Assembly: GCA_038210825.1 (NCBI GenBank)
Contig: JBBQWG010000001.1
Coordinates: 151,630 to 215,629 of the forward strand
Direction of reading: 5' to 3'
Length of the DNA: 64,000 nt
DNA from: Verrucomicrobiales bacterium
GTDB taxonomy: Bacteria; Verrucomicrobiota; Verrucomicrobiia; Verrucomicrobiales; V1-33
Below the pieces are notes generated by a model, which was given only the letters and a program-made list of their open reading frames with translations, was not told where the DNA came from and made no database searches. A program made the translations under genes and the position numbers. Shown one piece after another: positions 12,692 to 23,461 of this stretch (positions within the stretch are counted from its first letter, which is position 1; each line of letters begins with the position of its first letter).

Positions 12692-12931
12692 TCAGGCCCC
12701 GCGTTCCAGAAAATGCTCCAGCATTTCCGCCCGGCTGCCGGTGGGACGGAGCAGGGAGCCGACGGAGGTGGGAGGCGGCGGCGCGGTGAGGCTTGGGCGG
12801 TCGGCGGAAAGGCCCACGGCTCTTTCCAGGCAGAGGATGGCCTCCTGGTTCAGGGATCTCTTGTGCTGCCGGGCCTGAATCTTGAGAACCCGGTGCAGGT
12901 GCGGCGGGATGTTTTTCAGGGTCAGAGTCAT
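12692..12931 (-). CDS. vapB: Ribbon-helix-helix (Arc/FitA-like) antitoxin
   Basis: MTLTLKNIPPHLHRVLKIQARQHKRSLNQEAILCLERAV is an RHH signature. The ATG at 12929-12931 lies within ORF 12692..13033, and the stop is 3 nt before the vapC ATG. Confidence 0.7.
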   Translation of the reverse strand: MTLTLKNIPPHLHRVLKIQARQHKRSLNQEAILCLERAVGLSADRPSLTAPPPPTSVGSLLRPTGSRAEMLEHFLERGA

Positions 12932-13070
12932 AGCGGGGAAGAAAATGGCATCACTGATTATGCGAAAACCATAATGGATGCGTTTTGGATTTTCAACGAA
13001 GAACTCCTGTGTTTTTGGAGCAAGCTGCGGCAATATTCAGCTCCGTGATCCTAGGAGGCGCAATCCACTG

Positions 13071-15863
13071 TCAACGCTGCCTGCCCGCCAGAACCCGGAG
13101 GATTTGATCGAGGACGTGGTCGAGGTTTCTACCGAGGTCGTCGGTTAGGAAGCGGAGAACGAAATAGCCGTGCAGTTGGAGGAGGGCGTCCTTGCGGCGA
13201 TCCCGGCGGTAGGCTGCGGGATCGCTGAGGTGTTGGAGTCCGTCCAGTTCGATAACCAGACGGGCGGGAGCACACAGGAAGTCGACTTCCATGGTGCTGT
13301 GGTCGTTGAAGGGGATCGGGAGCGCGGCATTGAGGTGGAAGTGACCGGTAAGCTGCGGGTGAGTTTCTAGCCGCCGGTAAAGAAAGGCTTCGCTGGCGCT
13401 GCGGGCGCGGGCAGAGCCTTCGGCATCGTGGGCTGGGGGACGCGTGGCGTGGACGAAAAGCTGCGCCAGGGGAGGATCGACTCCATCACAGATGAGGCGG
13501 CGGACGCTGGCCGCGTAGTCTGCTTTCCACTGCGGGGAGACGGGGAGCGGCACGGAGGCGGGCCAGCCGGGAAGGGCGCTGGCGGGGAGCAGGATGGTAT
13601 AACCGATGGCTTCGTAGCCTTGGCAACGTCGGTCGAACATGCGGGAGAGCATGGGAACATCGAGATCGGCGTAGTCGTAAATTTGCACGAGCTTTTTGCC
13701 GTCGTGAAGGCGGTGCAGGCGTCCGGCGTATTGGGCGATGGTGCCCCGCCATGAGACCGGCATGGTGAGGAACAGGGTGTCCAGCCGGGGATCGTCGAAG
13801 CCTTCTCCCAGGAAACGGCCGGTGGCGATGAGGACGCGGGGCTGATCGGCGGGAACGGCGGCCAGTTGATCGAGAGCAGCGACAAGGAGCTTGCGGCCCA
13901 TGCCGCCTTGCAGGGTGATGACATTGGCCACCTGACGGCGCAAAGCCGTAGCGAGGATCTCCAAGTGGCCGGTGCGTTCGGTTAAAATCACCGGAGTGCG
14001 TCCGCTGGCAACCGCAGCGAGGACGTCTTCACAAATCATTTGATTGCGGATCTCCGAATGAAGCAGCACATCGCAAAGGCGCTGATATTCCCGGCGTTGG
14101 TCTTCGTCAGGATCGCCCTCAGGGAGGAAGCCCGTGGAGCGCACCAGGACCTCGTGGGTGAAGGGCCGGGCGGCGGCTTGGACGCGGGCATCCACACGGT
14201 GCCGCACGGCCCCGCATTGCATGAAGATGATGGGATGGTGCCCGTCCTTGCGTGCCACGGTGGCGGAGAGACCAGTGACATAGCGGGCTTTGGCGCGGCG
14301 GGTCACCAACTCAAAACTGTGAGCGGAAACGTGATGGCATTCGTCCACGATGAGGTGACCGTAGTCCGCCACCATATCAAGGACCGCACCTTTCCTGACG
14401 AGACTTTGAATGAGAGCTACATCCAGCGTGCCGGTTAGCTTTCTCTTCCCCCCGCCAAGGCGTCCAATGGCTTTGGGTTCCAGTCCAAGGAATTGACTGA
14501 GCCGATCCATCCATTGTTCCAGCAATTGTTGCCGGTGGACCAGCACGAGGGTATTAACGCCGCGCTGCGCGATGAGCCATGCACCAAGCACGGTTTTGCC
14601 AAAAGCGGTGGTGGCGGCGAGCACCCCGGTATTGTGCTGCAGCATGGCGGCCGCAGCGGCCTGCTGATCCTCGCGCAGCGTGCCTTGGAAAGTGACCGCC
14701 AACGGCGTGCCCTGGCACCTTTCGTCTTTTATCGTGGTTTTGATACCTGCCGATTTCAGGAGCGCCAGGCTTTCCTCCAGGCAGCCGCGTGGGAGCGCGA
14801 TATGACCGGGATGGTCCTCTGCGCAGGAAATGATGCGGGGTTTGCCGAAAGTGGGCAGACGCATGGCCTGGGCTTTGTAAAATTCCGGATTCTGGAAAGC
14901 GGCGAGCCGCAGCAGGGCGTTGCGCAGGGAGGGCGGCAGGTCGGTTTTGGGCAGATAGAGGGCATCGCCCTGCACCAGGGTAATGGACTCCGGCATGGGT
15001 CCGGTGAAAGTCAGGGCACGGAGCCGGGACGGAGTTAACTTCCAAGGTTCGAGGCTGTCCCCGTCATCGAGGTGGGCTCTGCGGACACCGGTGATGCGGC
15101 CTTGAGCGGTGGCTTCCTGGACGATTCGTTCCACCTGAGCAACGGGCATCCGGGGCTGTGACGAGAGAAAAGCCCATTGGTCCGGCCATGGGGTCAGATT
15201 AGGATCCAGGAAGACACTGTTTCCTTGTTCGCGTGGGGCTTTTTGCAGTGGCAGGGCAATGAGATTCCCGAAGCCTCCCTTGGGAAGAGTATCTTGATTG
15301 GGGAAAAAACGGTCGTAGGAAGCGAAGCCTATTTCAGGGCGGCGTTCCATGGTTTCTGTCAAGAGGCAGGCTCCCAGCTTGCGGGCAAGGGTGGCGGGAA
15401 TTGCTTCCTCAAAGAAAAGCCAAACGTGCCCGCCATTGCCGGAGCGTGATCTTTCCAAGGCCGCAGGAATGCCGCAGTTGGTGCAGGTTTCCAGAAAGGC
15501 CACCGCGTCAGGCTGCCAGTCGGCGCGGTCAAAGTCGGCGGCAAGGAACCAGCACGTTTCATCCATCAGCATCGGATAGACGCCCATGACGAAGGGCTGA
15601 TGCTGTCCGTCCTCCCCTGACAAGTGCCAGCGCACCACCTCGTCCGTGACGGGCAGCCAGCGCTGGTGAGGGCAGTCGGAACATTTGATTCGGGGCTTCC
15701 CGCAAATCCCGCGCACCCATTCGTTGCCACAGGCGGGCTGGTATCCGGCCCGGCCGGTTTTGCGGCTCTCGAAGCGCCGCGGATAGACCTCCTCCCGGCC
15801 CCTGAACAGCGAACGGAAAAGGGCAATCTTTTTTTCCGGGGAGGACTGCGAAGTGACCGGCAT
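13071..15863 (-). CDS. Fusion protein: N-terminal archaeo-eukaryotic primase (PrimPol-like) + SF2 DEAD/DEAH helicase + C-terminal DUF559 (Vsr/restriction-endonuclease-fold) domain. Candidate conflict/defense protein
   Basis: 930 aa. AEP motifs: FLAADFD (aa 107-112), GNGGHVWLFF (aa 142-151), SYDRFFP (aa 182-188). A Cys cluster CGNEW..CGKPRIKCSDCPH precedes them. Helicase Walker A is AATTAFGKT (aa about 416-424) and motif II is IVDECHH (aa about 505-511). The C-terminus MEVDFLCAPARLVIELDGLQHLSDPAAYRRDRRKDALLQLHGYFVLRF is typical DUF559. Confidence 0.8.
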   Translation of the reverse strand: MPVTSQSSPEKKIALFRSLFRGREEVYPRRFESRKTGRAGYQPACGNEWVRGICGKPRIKCSDCPHQRWLPVTDEVVRWHLSGEDGQHQPFVMGVYPMLMDETCWFLAADFDRADWQPDAVAFLETCTNCGIPAALERSRSGNGGHVWLFFEEAIPATLARKLGACLLTETMERRPEIGFASYDRFFPNQDTLPKGGFGNLIALPLQKAPREQGNSVFLDPNLTPWPDQWAFLSSQPRMPVAQVERIVQEATAQGRITGVRRAHLDDGDSLEPWKLTPSRLRALTFTGPMPESITLVQGDALYLPKTDLPPSLRNALLRLAAFQNPEFYKAQAMRLPTFGKPRIISCAEDHPGHIALPRGCLEESLALLKSAGIKTTIKDERCQGTPLAVTFQGTLREDQQAAAAAMLQHNTGVLAATTAFGKTVLGAWLIAQRGVNTLVLVHRQQLLEQWMDRLSQFLGLEPKAIGRLGGGKRKLTGTLDVALIQSLVRKGAVLDMVADYGHLIVDECHHVSAHSFELVTRRAKARYVTGLSATVARKDGHHPIIFMQCGAVRHRVDARVQAAARPFTHEVLVRSTGFLPEGDPDEDQRREYQRLCDVLLHSEIRNQMICEDVLAAVASGRTPVILTERTGHLEILATALRRQVANVITLQGGMGRKLLVAALDQLAAVPADQPRVLIATGRFLGEGFDDPRLDTLFLTMPVSWRGTIAQYAGRLHRLHDGKKLVQIYDYADLDVPMLSRMFDRRCQGYEAIGYTILLPASALPGWPASVPLPVSPQWKADYAASVRRLICDGVDPPLAQLFVHATRPPAHDAEGSARARSASEAFLYRRLETHPQLTGHFHLNAALPIPFNDHSTMEVDFLCAPARLVIELDGLQHLSDPAAYRRDRRKDALLQLHGYFVLRFLTDDLGRNLDHVLDQILRVLAGRQR

Positions 15864-15954
15864 ACTCTACCCACATAGGCCGAAATTCCCCCTGCGCCAA
15901 GGACGGCTTCAGATGGACGACTGGCCACCGCCACGCATGTGTCAGTCGCGGTGC

Positions 15955-17232
<1,278 letters not shown>

Positions 17233-20200
17233 TTATTTGAGGGATTTAAGGAACTCCTTTACGTCTTCAAATTCCTGCGGCTTCAGGATCAGACGCATCG
17301 GGGGCATGGGGGAAACCGGCGTGGCTTGGTAGTTCTCGGCCAGAATGGCATTTGGGTCCTCCAGACTTTGAATCAGATAGGCTTCGTCTTTGGTTTTGGC
17401 GATGCCATCCAGGGCAGGGCCCACGGGGCTGCCCTTGCCGCTGAGCATGTGACAGTTCATGCAGGCCGCGACGGGGTGCTTCCAAAAGATTTCCTCACCG
17501 CGTTTGACGTCACCGGCGGTGATGGCGTCCGCATCGGGTTCGGCCTGCGGGATGAGTTCGCAGAACTTCACGTCGTCGAACGTGCTGTCGCCCTTGCCAT
17601 AGTGGGACAGCATAATGCCGGCCTTGGGATTGCTGCCGCTGTTGTAAGTGGCCTCAATGAGCGTCCAGTCTGAACTCCTTGTGATACGTTCGGTCTCCAC
17701 CCGGCTGAAACGGTCGCTGATGCCGATCCGGCCTCCTGACACATTGGCGGCCTTGGCCCAGCCGCTGAGGCGGTATTCGGTGTTAGGCTTCAGTGGAACC
17801 TCGACATACAACGCGGAGAAACTCGTCTCCGGCACGTGGCAGGTCATGGCCTTGGCTCCGCTGCGGGCGGTGCCGGTCATCTTCCATGTCGCGTTGGAAG
17901 GGGCCCGGAGCGGACCGCTGCGACCGATGTCGTCATTCCGAACCCAGCCTTCGGGGATTCCGTCAGGGGATGTGATTTCAAAGCCGGGATTGGGCAGGAG
18001 ATTCGGGCCTTCGGTGTAGGTCGCCTCGGCCTTGTGCTGGCGCATAAGCACGCGGGTGGCCTCGCGCAGCCATTCGTCAGCCTGGTTGGTTCCATCCACC
18101 GCCAGCTTCTTCACCAGGGTCTGGATCTCCGGGGTAGTGGGAAATTCGGCCAGCTTTACCAACGCGGCGAGGCGCGTGACCAAGTCAGGATCGCTGACCA
18201 CGCCGGAGCCGAAATACAGCTTTTGCCCTGCGGCATCTGCGGACAGGGCGCGCACCGCGTTCCGCCTCAGACGGGCATCCTTGGCGAGGAGTGCCGCACT
18301 ATGCGAAGCCTCGTCCAGCGCGCCGATCCCCTGCAGCGTCCACAGCGCGTGCAAGGCGGCCACTGATCCATCATTCGCCGACAGCAGCTTTTTCAGCGGC
18401 TCTGCGGCAGCGGTCATCTTGCCCTCCACCAGGAGACGCTGCGCCGTTAGGCGGCGTTCCTGAAGGTCGCTGCCCAGCGCGGTCACGAGCTGCGCGGGGT
18501 CTGCCGGGTTCAGCTTCTGCAGGGCCGACGGCTCCGTTGCCCCGCGCCAGACCACACGGTAGATCCGCCCGCGGGAGTGGTCGCGCAGGTCGTTTTCATG
18601 CGCGCCGCCGGGACCGGTTTTCGCGGTGTAGCCGCCGCTGCGCTGGCTCGGCGTGGGGTTGTGCTGGATGATGTAGTTCTGCCAGTCCGCGATCCACACC
18701 GCGCCATCCGGCCCCACCTCCGCAAAGACGGGCGACATCCATTCATCCGTGCTGGCCACAAGATTGAAACCATCGCCTGCAGTCATGCCCGCGCCGGCGG
18801 CCTTCACGTCCATGAGGCTCACCGTTTTCATGGTAGGCTCGCACACCATAGCCATGCCCTGTAGGCGGGCGGGCAGCTTGGCGGATTCGATGAAAGCCGA
18901 TCCAGCGGCGGCGGTGAAGCCGCCCATCACATCCACCTGACGGTAGTTAGGAGTAATGGTGTGGACATTGTCCTCGGTATTGATTTTCTTCGCCGTCATC
19001 ACCCGCATCCCGGAGGGCACATGAGTAGCCGGGATGCCGCCGTAAAAGAGCGGCGCGCCATTGGCCGTGCCGCCGAACTGATCGCCTGCAGTGTTCGCGC
19101 TGTGGCCCCACGAGTTGTTGCTGAACTGATGGAGAAATTCCAGCGCCGAGCCGTCGGCCTTGAAACGGTAGGTGCCCTGGGTGAACCGCTTCCGTTCCCC
19201 GCCCACGGTGCCATCGAATGCCGAATAGCCGACGCAGCCATAGAACCAGTTATCGATGCCGTAGTGCAGATTGTTCGCCTGGGCATGGGTGTCGCCGATG
19301 CCCCAGCCGGTGATGATGTCCTGGCGCACATCCGCTTTGTCATCACCGTCCGTGTCCTTGAGAAAGAGGAAGCGCGGCGGTTGGCTGACAATGAGTCCGC
19401 CATTGGCAAACGTCAGGCTGGTGGGGATGTTCAGCTTGTCGGCAAAAACGGTGAACTTGTCCGCCTTGCCGTCGCCATCGGTGTCCTCACAAATCTTGAT
19501 GCGGTCATTGCCGCCGCCGTCCGGCGTCACGCCGTGGGGATAATCGCTCGTCTCCGCCACCCAGCAACGGCCGCGATCATCCCATGCCATAGCGATGGGC
19601 TTCATGATGTCAGGCTCGGCGGCAAAGAGTTCCAGCCGGAGATCCGGCGCGGCCTGGGTGCGCTCCATGCTGCCTTTCACGCTGAGCGGATGCTGATAGG
19701 TGAGCGGCTGAGGGCGGCGCTCGTAGTTGGCCACCGTGGGCTTCACCTCGCGCCGCTCGGCCTCGCGTCCCTCCGTGAACTGCAACCATTCCGCGCGGCG
19801 TTGCGGGCCAGCGGCGGTGAGCAGTTTTTCCTTCAGCGGACCCAGAAATTCAGCCGGCGCCGGATTGCCGCTGCTGCCAGTAAAATCCACCGTCACGATC
19901 TTCTGCGGCGGCACTCCGGCCAGCGCCGGGAAGGTGGCGGCGGGAGCATCCAGCAGCACGGCATCAAAGTGAGCGATCCACTCCGGGGTCACCTGCGCGG
20001 GGTCCGCTGCGTAATCAAACCACAGAGCCTCGCGACCGAAGTCGCGCATGACCGTGTGGCAATGCTTGCGGCTGCCGGCGGCCTCGCTGCCGAGGAAAAG
20101 CACGCGGATGGCTCCACTCGGGCCGGAGGGAACGGCGACTGATTTTCCCGGGCCCAGGATGCCAGGGATTCCCGTGATGCCCACCCCAGCAGCCCCTGGA

Positions 20201-21834
20201 GCCGCAGCAGCGGCCGGGCGAGCCGGAGGTGAAACTGCTGCAACTGTGGCCTCCCGGAAGAGACGCGGGGCAAAGTCATGCAGGCTGCGCCTCCAGGTGT
20301 GCCACTCGTGCTTCGTGCCGGGAGATTCAAAATACACCGTTTTCACGCCGGCGGCTTCCAGCGCATCGCGGTAGCCCTTAACGCTGGTTAGGAAGCGCTC
20401 GCCCTCTTCCGTGCCGATGCTGAGATAGAGCAGGCGGACCTTGTCATTGAAGGCCTTGGCATCGGCCATCACGCCGCCGTGCGAAGTCTCTGCATCGAAG
20501 GCACCGCTGAATCCGCCGCCGCCGCCGCTGAATCCTCCGAGCCATGCGAACCGGTCGAGGTGCTTGAGGCCAATGTGGTAGGTCTGCATGCCACCCATGG
20601 AAAGTCCGGCCATGGCACGGTGCTCCCGCCCGGTTTTCGTCCGGTAGGTCTCGTCCACAAAAGGGATGAGGTCATTGATAAACACCTCTTCCAGCGTGGC
20701 GAACATGGCATTGAGATCACGGGGAGGGCCGCCACCGCCGGGTGGACGCATGGCATTGGGAGACTCCCCGGGCTTCCGGGCGTAGCCGCTGGACATCACC
20801 ACCACCATCGGCTTGGCTTTCTTCTCCGCTATCAAATTATTCATGATGTCCGCCATGTGGCCCTGGACCGGCCAGCCGCGTTCGTCCTCGCCGCCGCCGT
20901 GCTGGAGATAGAGCACCGGATAGCGGACGGACGGATCGGCATCGTAATCTGGCGGTGTATAGACAAAAAGGCGCCGCCAACCCTTCGTGGTTTTGGAAAA
21001 AAAACGCCTCTCGCGCACCTCCCCATGCGGCACCTCCTTCGTCTGCCACCAGTCCTCGCCCGGCGTGGGAATCTCGATGCCGCTGGCCATGCGGCTCATG
21101 CCGTAATACGTTTCACCTGCCGGATCACACACATTCGCGCCATCCACGAGGAAGGTGTAGTAGTGAAACCCCAGCGGAATCGGACCGAAGGTAATGGTCC
21201 AGTTTCCTTCTTCATCGCGCTCCATCGGATGCGGCTGCCCATAGTTCAGCGCCACACTTTTCGCCTCTGGAGCCTTGAGCCGGAAGGTCACCCGGCCATC
21301 GGGATGAATTTTTGGAAACTCCTGGCCGGGAAGGTTTGTCGGCGACGGCACCGGGCCTGCGGCAGTCACCGGACTGGGAGGCGCACCCACCCGCGACGCT
21401 TCAAACTCCGCACTGCCGAAGTCCCCGACCTTCCGTGTAAAAGCGATCCCCTTGTCCGTCACTTTGCCAGTGTATTCGATCCGGATTTCGTTGTCCTGAA
21501 TCTTCCGCAGTTCGGCAAAAGTGATGGTGTTGCCGTCGATCTTTTCATCAATGAATTCCACCGTGCGCTTCTGATCCCCCACCTCCGCTGCGGCCGTCGC
21601 GACCAGCGTCCCATCCGCTACTTTGAAGTCGAACTGGTATGTTTGAAGTCCCATGGGCGAGTCAAATTCCCCCTCCCATAGACCGGCGGAGCTGTCCGCG
21701 CGGGCCGGAGAAAACGAACTCAGGCAGGCCATCGCCGCAGGGAGCAGACGCAGCATCTTCTTTTGGGTTGTCTTTTCAGTGGACGGTTTCATGGGGCAGG
21801 AAGAATTTCGTGTGCAGCGCCGCGAGGATTTCAA
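17233..21834 (-). CDS. Giant multidomain secreted protein: esterase + ThuA-like + PVC-type dehydrogenase/beta-propeller + HEAT repeats + CBM-like + C-terminal cytochrome c (CxxCH)
   Basis: 1533 aa. The N-terminal module and esterase are paralogous to the adjacent gene (YPVLYLQHGGGEDERGW, GLSMGGMQT). The motif DRGRCWVAETSDYPHG marks the propeller region. The C-terminal heme motif ACMNCHML lies near 17447-17470. Confidence 0.8.
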   Translation of the reverse strand: MKSSRRCTRNSSCPMKPSTEKTTQKKMLRLLPAAMACLSSFSPARADSSAGLWEGEFDSPMGLQTYQFDFKVADGTLVATAAAEVGDQKRTVEFIDEKIDGNTITFAELRKIQDNEIRIEYTGKVTDKGIAFTRKVGDFGSAEFEASRVGAPPSPVTAAGPVPSPTNLPGQEFPKIHPDGRVTFRLKAPEAKSVALNYGQPHPMERDEEGNWTITFGPIPLGFHYYTFLVDGANVCDPAGETYYGMSRMASGIEIPTPGEDWWQTKEVPHGEVRERRFFSKTTKGWRRLFVYTPPDYDADPSVRYPVLYLQHGGGEDERGWPVQGHMADIMNNLIAEKKAKPMVVVMSSGYARKPGESPNAMRPPGGGGPPRDLNAMFATLEEVFINDLIPFVDETYRTKTGREHRAMAGLSMGGMQTYHIGLKHLDRFAWLGGFSGGGGGFSGAFDAETSHGGVMADAKAFNDKVRLLYLSIGTEEGERFLTSVKGYRDALEAAGVKTVYFESPGTKHEWHTWRRSLHDFAPRLFREATVAAVSPPARPAAAAAPGAAGVGITGIPGILGPGKSVAVPSGPSGAIRVLFLGSEAAGSRKHCHTVMRDFGREALWFDYAADPAQVTPEWIAHFDAVLLDAPAATFPALAGVPPQKIVTVDFTGSSGNPAPAEFLGPLKEKLLTAAGPQRRAEWLQFTEGREAERREVKPTVANYERRPQPLTYQHPLSVKGSMERTQAAPDLRLELFAAEPDIMKPIAMAWDDRGRCWVAETSDYPHGVTPDGGGNDRIKICEDTDGDGKADKFTVFADKLNIPTSLTFANGGLIVSQPPRFLFLKDTDGDDKADVRQDIITGWGIGDTHAQANNLHYGIDNWFYGCVGYSAFDGTVGGERKRFTQGTYRFKADGSALEFLHQFSNNSWGHSANTAGDQFGGTANGAPLFYGGIPATHVPSGMRVMTAKKINTEDNVHTITPNYRQVDVMGGFTAAAGSAFIESAKLPARLQGMAMVCEPTMKTVSLMDVKAAGAGMTAGDGFNLVASTDEWMSPVFAEVGPDGAVWIADWQNYIIQHNPTPSQRSGGYTAKTGPGGAHENDLRDHSRGRIYRVVWRGATEPSALQKLNPADPAQLVTALGSDLQERRLTAQRLLVEGKMTAAAEPLKKLLSANDGSVAALHALWTLQGIGALDEASHSAALLAKDARLRRNAVRALSADAAGQKLYFGSGVVSDPDLVTRLAALVKLAEFPTTPEIQTLVKKLAVDGTNQADEWLREATRVLMRQHKAEATYTEGPNLLPNPGFEITSPDGIPEGWVRNDDIGRSGPLRAPSNATWKMTGTARSGAKAMTCHVPETSFSALYVEVPLKPNTEYRLSGWAKAANVSGGRIGISDRFSRVETERITRSSDWTLIEATYNSGSNPKAGIMLSHYGKGDSTFDDVKFCELIPQAEPDADAITAGDVKRGEEIFWKHPVAACMNCHMLSGKGSPVGPALDGIAKTKDEAYLIQSLEDPNAILAENYQATPVSPMPPMRLILKPQEFEDVKEFLKSLK

Positions 21835-21856
21835 ATTGACATCATGATGTCAAACT

Positions 21857-22357
21857 TTGTTCAAACCACCCATGTCCCCATTACCCCAACGCACCCCTGC
21901 CGGTGAAGTTTTGACCTCCATGACCATGGAAATTTTCCGGGTCAGCAGTCTGATCTTGAATGTTGGAGACCGCTTGGCGGCTCATCTTGGACTTACCGGG
22001 GCCCGCTGGCAAATTCTTGGGGCCATTGTCCGGGCCGGCCCCCCGCAAACCGTAGCCGGTCTGGCCCGGAATCTGGGGACCAACCGGCAGAATGTGCAGC
22101 GCATCGTGAATGATCTGCACAAACTGAAATTCCTGACTTTCGGCGACAATCCGCGCCACCGCCGCGCCCACTTGGTCCTTTTGACTGCCACAGGGAAACG
22201 AGCCTACGAAGCGGCAATGGAGTTGCAGGCCCCGTGGGTGAATCAGGTCACGCACGGTCTTGATTTAGCAGACCTCGAAGCATTTCAACGGGTGCTGCTG
22301 TCCCTGCGCGAAAGGCTTGAGCATGGGGCCGAAAAGGAAACACGCAGGGGATTTTAG
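21857..22357 (+). CDS. MarR-family transcriptional regulator (start codon uncertain)
   Basis: Winged-HTH region LTGARWQILGAIVRAGPPQTVAGLARNLGTNRQNVQRIVNDLHKLKFL. Size is about 150-166 aa. Confidence 0.85.
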   Translation: MFKPPMSPLPQRTPAGEVLTSMTMEIFRVSSLILNVGDRLAAHLGLTGARWQILGAIVRAGPPQTVAGLARNLGTNRQNVQRIVNDLHKLKFLTFGDNPRHRRAHLVLLTATGKRAYEAAMELQAPWVNQVTHGLDLADLEAFQRVLLSLRERLEHGAEKETRRGF

Positions 22358-22516
22358 CCATGTCCTGCAGTAAAGGAGCGTCGCAGGATGACTGGCGGCG
22401 TCACTTCCTGCGCTTTTCCCGGTTTCAGGGCATGCCCCGCGGGTGTGGAAGGCGATCCGTGTCCACCCCCTCTCCCGAGTGAATGGCTGGGTTTTGGGAT
22501 GGCTCACCCCGTGACC

Positions 22517-22951
22517 TCATCGGAAGTTCAGCACCTCAAAGCAGCCGAAAATGGTGAAGTCCTTTTCGTTGTTGGAAATGATCCGGGTGACCCCTGCCTG
22601 CTGAAAGGTGGCGGCCAGCATGGAATCGAGGAGCCGCTTCCGGCCCAGTTGATAGCGCTTCAGCCAACTGAAAAAATCCGTCACGCCATTGCCTTCCGGA
22701 AAGACGCGCCGCACTTCGGCGGATTGCCACCAATGCTCTGCACGGGCTATCGCGTCGCTCATGGAAAGGGGCTGCGGCATACGTCTGGGGTCTGTGATAA
22801 CGTGAATGAACTCCGCCAAGGTCTGTGGGGCGACGGCAAAATCGTGGCCAGCGTCGAGCAGAGTTTGCAGGAGCACGTCGGCCTGTTGGTGCCATGGGTG
22901 ATCGCGGATCTCCACTGACACTAAAAAATCGGTATCAATCCCGTGCGTCAT
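22517..22951 (-). CDS. vapC: PIN-domain toxin (VapC family), paralog of 12263..12688
   Basis: MTHGIDTDFLVSVE, LAEFIHVITD and YQLGRKRLLDSMLAAT align with the first VapC, with about half of positions identical by eye. ATG at 22949-22951. Confidence 0.85.
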   Translation of the reverse strand: MTHGIDTDFLVSVEIRDHPWHQQADVLLQTLLDAGHDFAVAPQTLAEFIHVITDPRRMPQPLSMSDAIARAEHWWQSAEVRRVFPEGNGVTDFFSWLKRYQLGRKRLLDSMLAATFQQAGVTRIISNNEKDFTIFGCFEVLNFR

Positions 22952-23177
22952 CCAGCATCCCTCCAAGCAAATCGTCCTCACCGGTGATCATCCCGATAGG
23001 ACCGCCCACACTGGCCGGGCGGCGATCCCGCAGCGTCGTGCGCCGATTCATGTGTATCTGCCGGTATAGTTCCATGGCTTCGCGGATCAATTCAGCAGTC
23101 TTCCGGTCGGCTTTTTTCGCAAATGCTTGGAAGTCCCGATAAACCGGTTCCGATACATTGACGGTAATTAATTTCAT
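22935..23177 (-). CDS. vapB: RHH/CopG-like antitoxin
   Basis: MKLITVNVSEPVYRDFQAFAKKADRKTAELIREAMELY. It overlaps the vapC start by 17 nt, and the ATG at 23175-23177 lies within ORF 22935..23231. Confidence 0.7.
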   Translation of the reverse strand: MKLITVNVSEPVYRDFQAFAKKADRKTAELIREAMELYRQIHMNRRTTLRDRRPASVGGPIGMITGEDDLLGGMLDDARD

Positions 23178-23461
23178 ACATCGAATGACATGTATGCACT
23201 CAGCAGTGTCAAGCCATAACCCGGCCGCCAACTTTCCGGCGGAAACCCAGCGCCTGGACCCCCCTCCCGTGTCAATGCAAGGCGGCTGCCTGGCACGCGG
23301 AGAATCTGATCAAGGGAGCGCAATCTTGGATTCGGCGGAGGACTGGGCGGAAACCGGCATACTTCATCTATATCATGGGCCGGATGCGGGGCGAAATTCT
23401 TTTGGCCGCAGGGACCTGCCGTGCCGGAATCCCCGCAGACCTAACGGAAAGGCCATCCCGA

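Noticed and set aside
12689-12694. The vapB stop (TGA 12692-12694) and the vapC ATG are in the same frame, one codon apart, which raised the idea of a readthrough fusion.
   Set aside because: Tight spacing of antitoxin and toxin genes is normal for TA operons. No hairpin follows the stop, and there is no domain-continuity argument.
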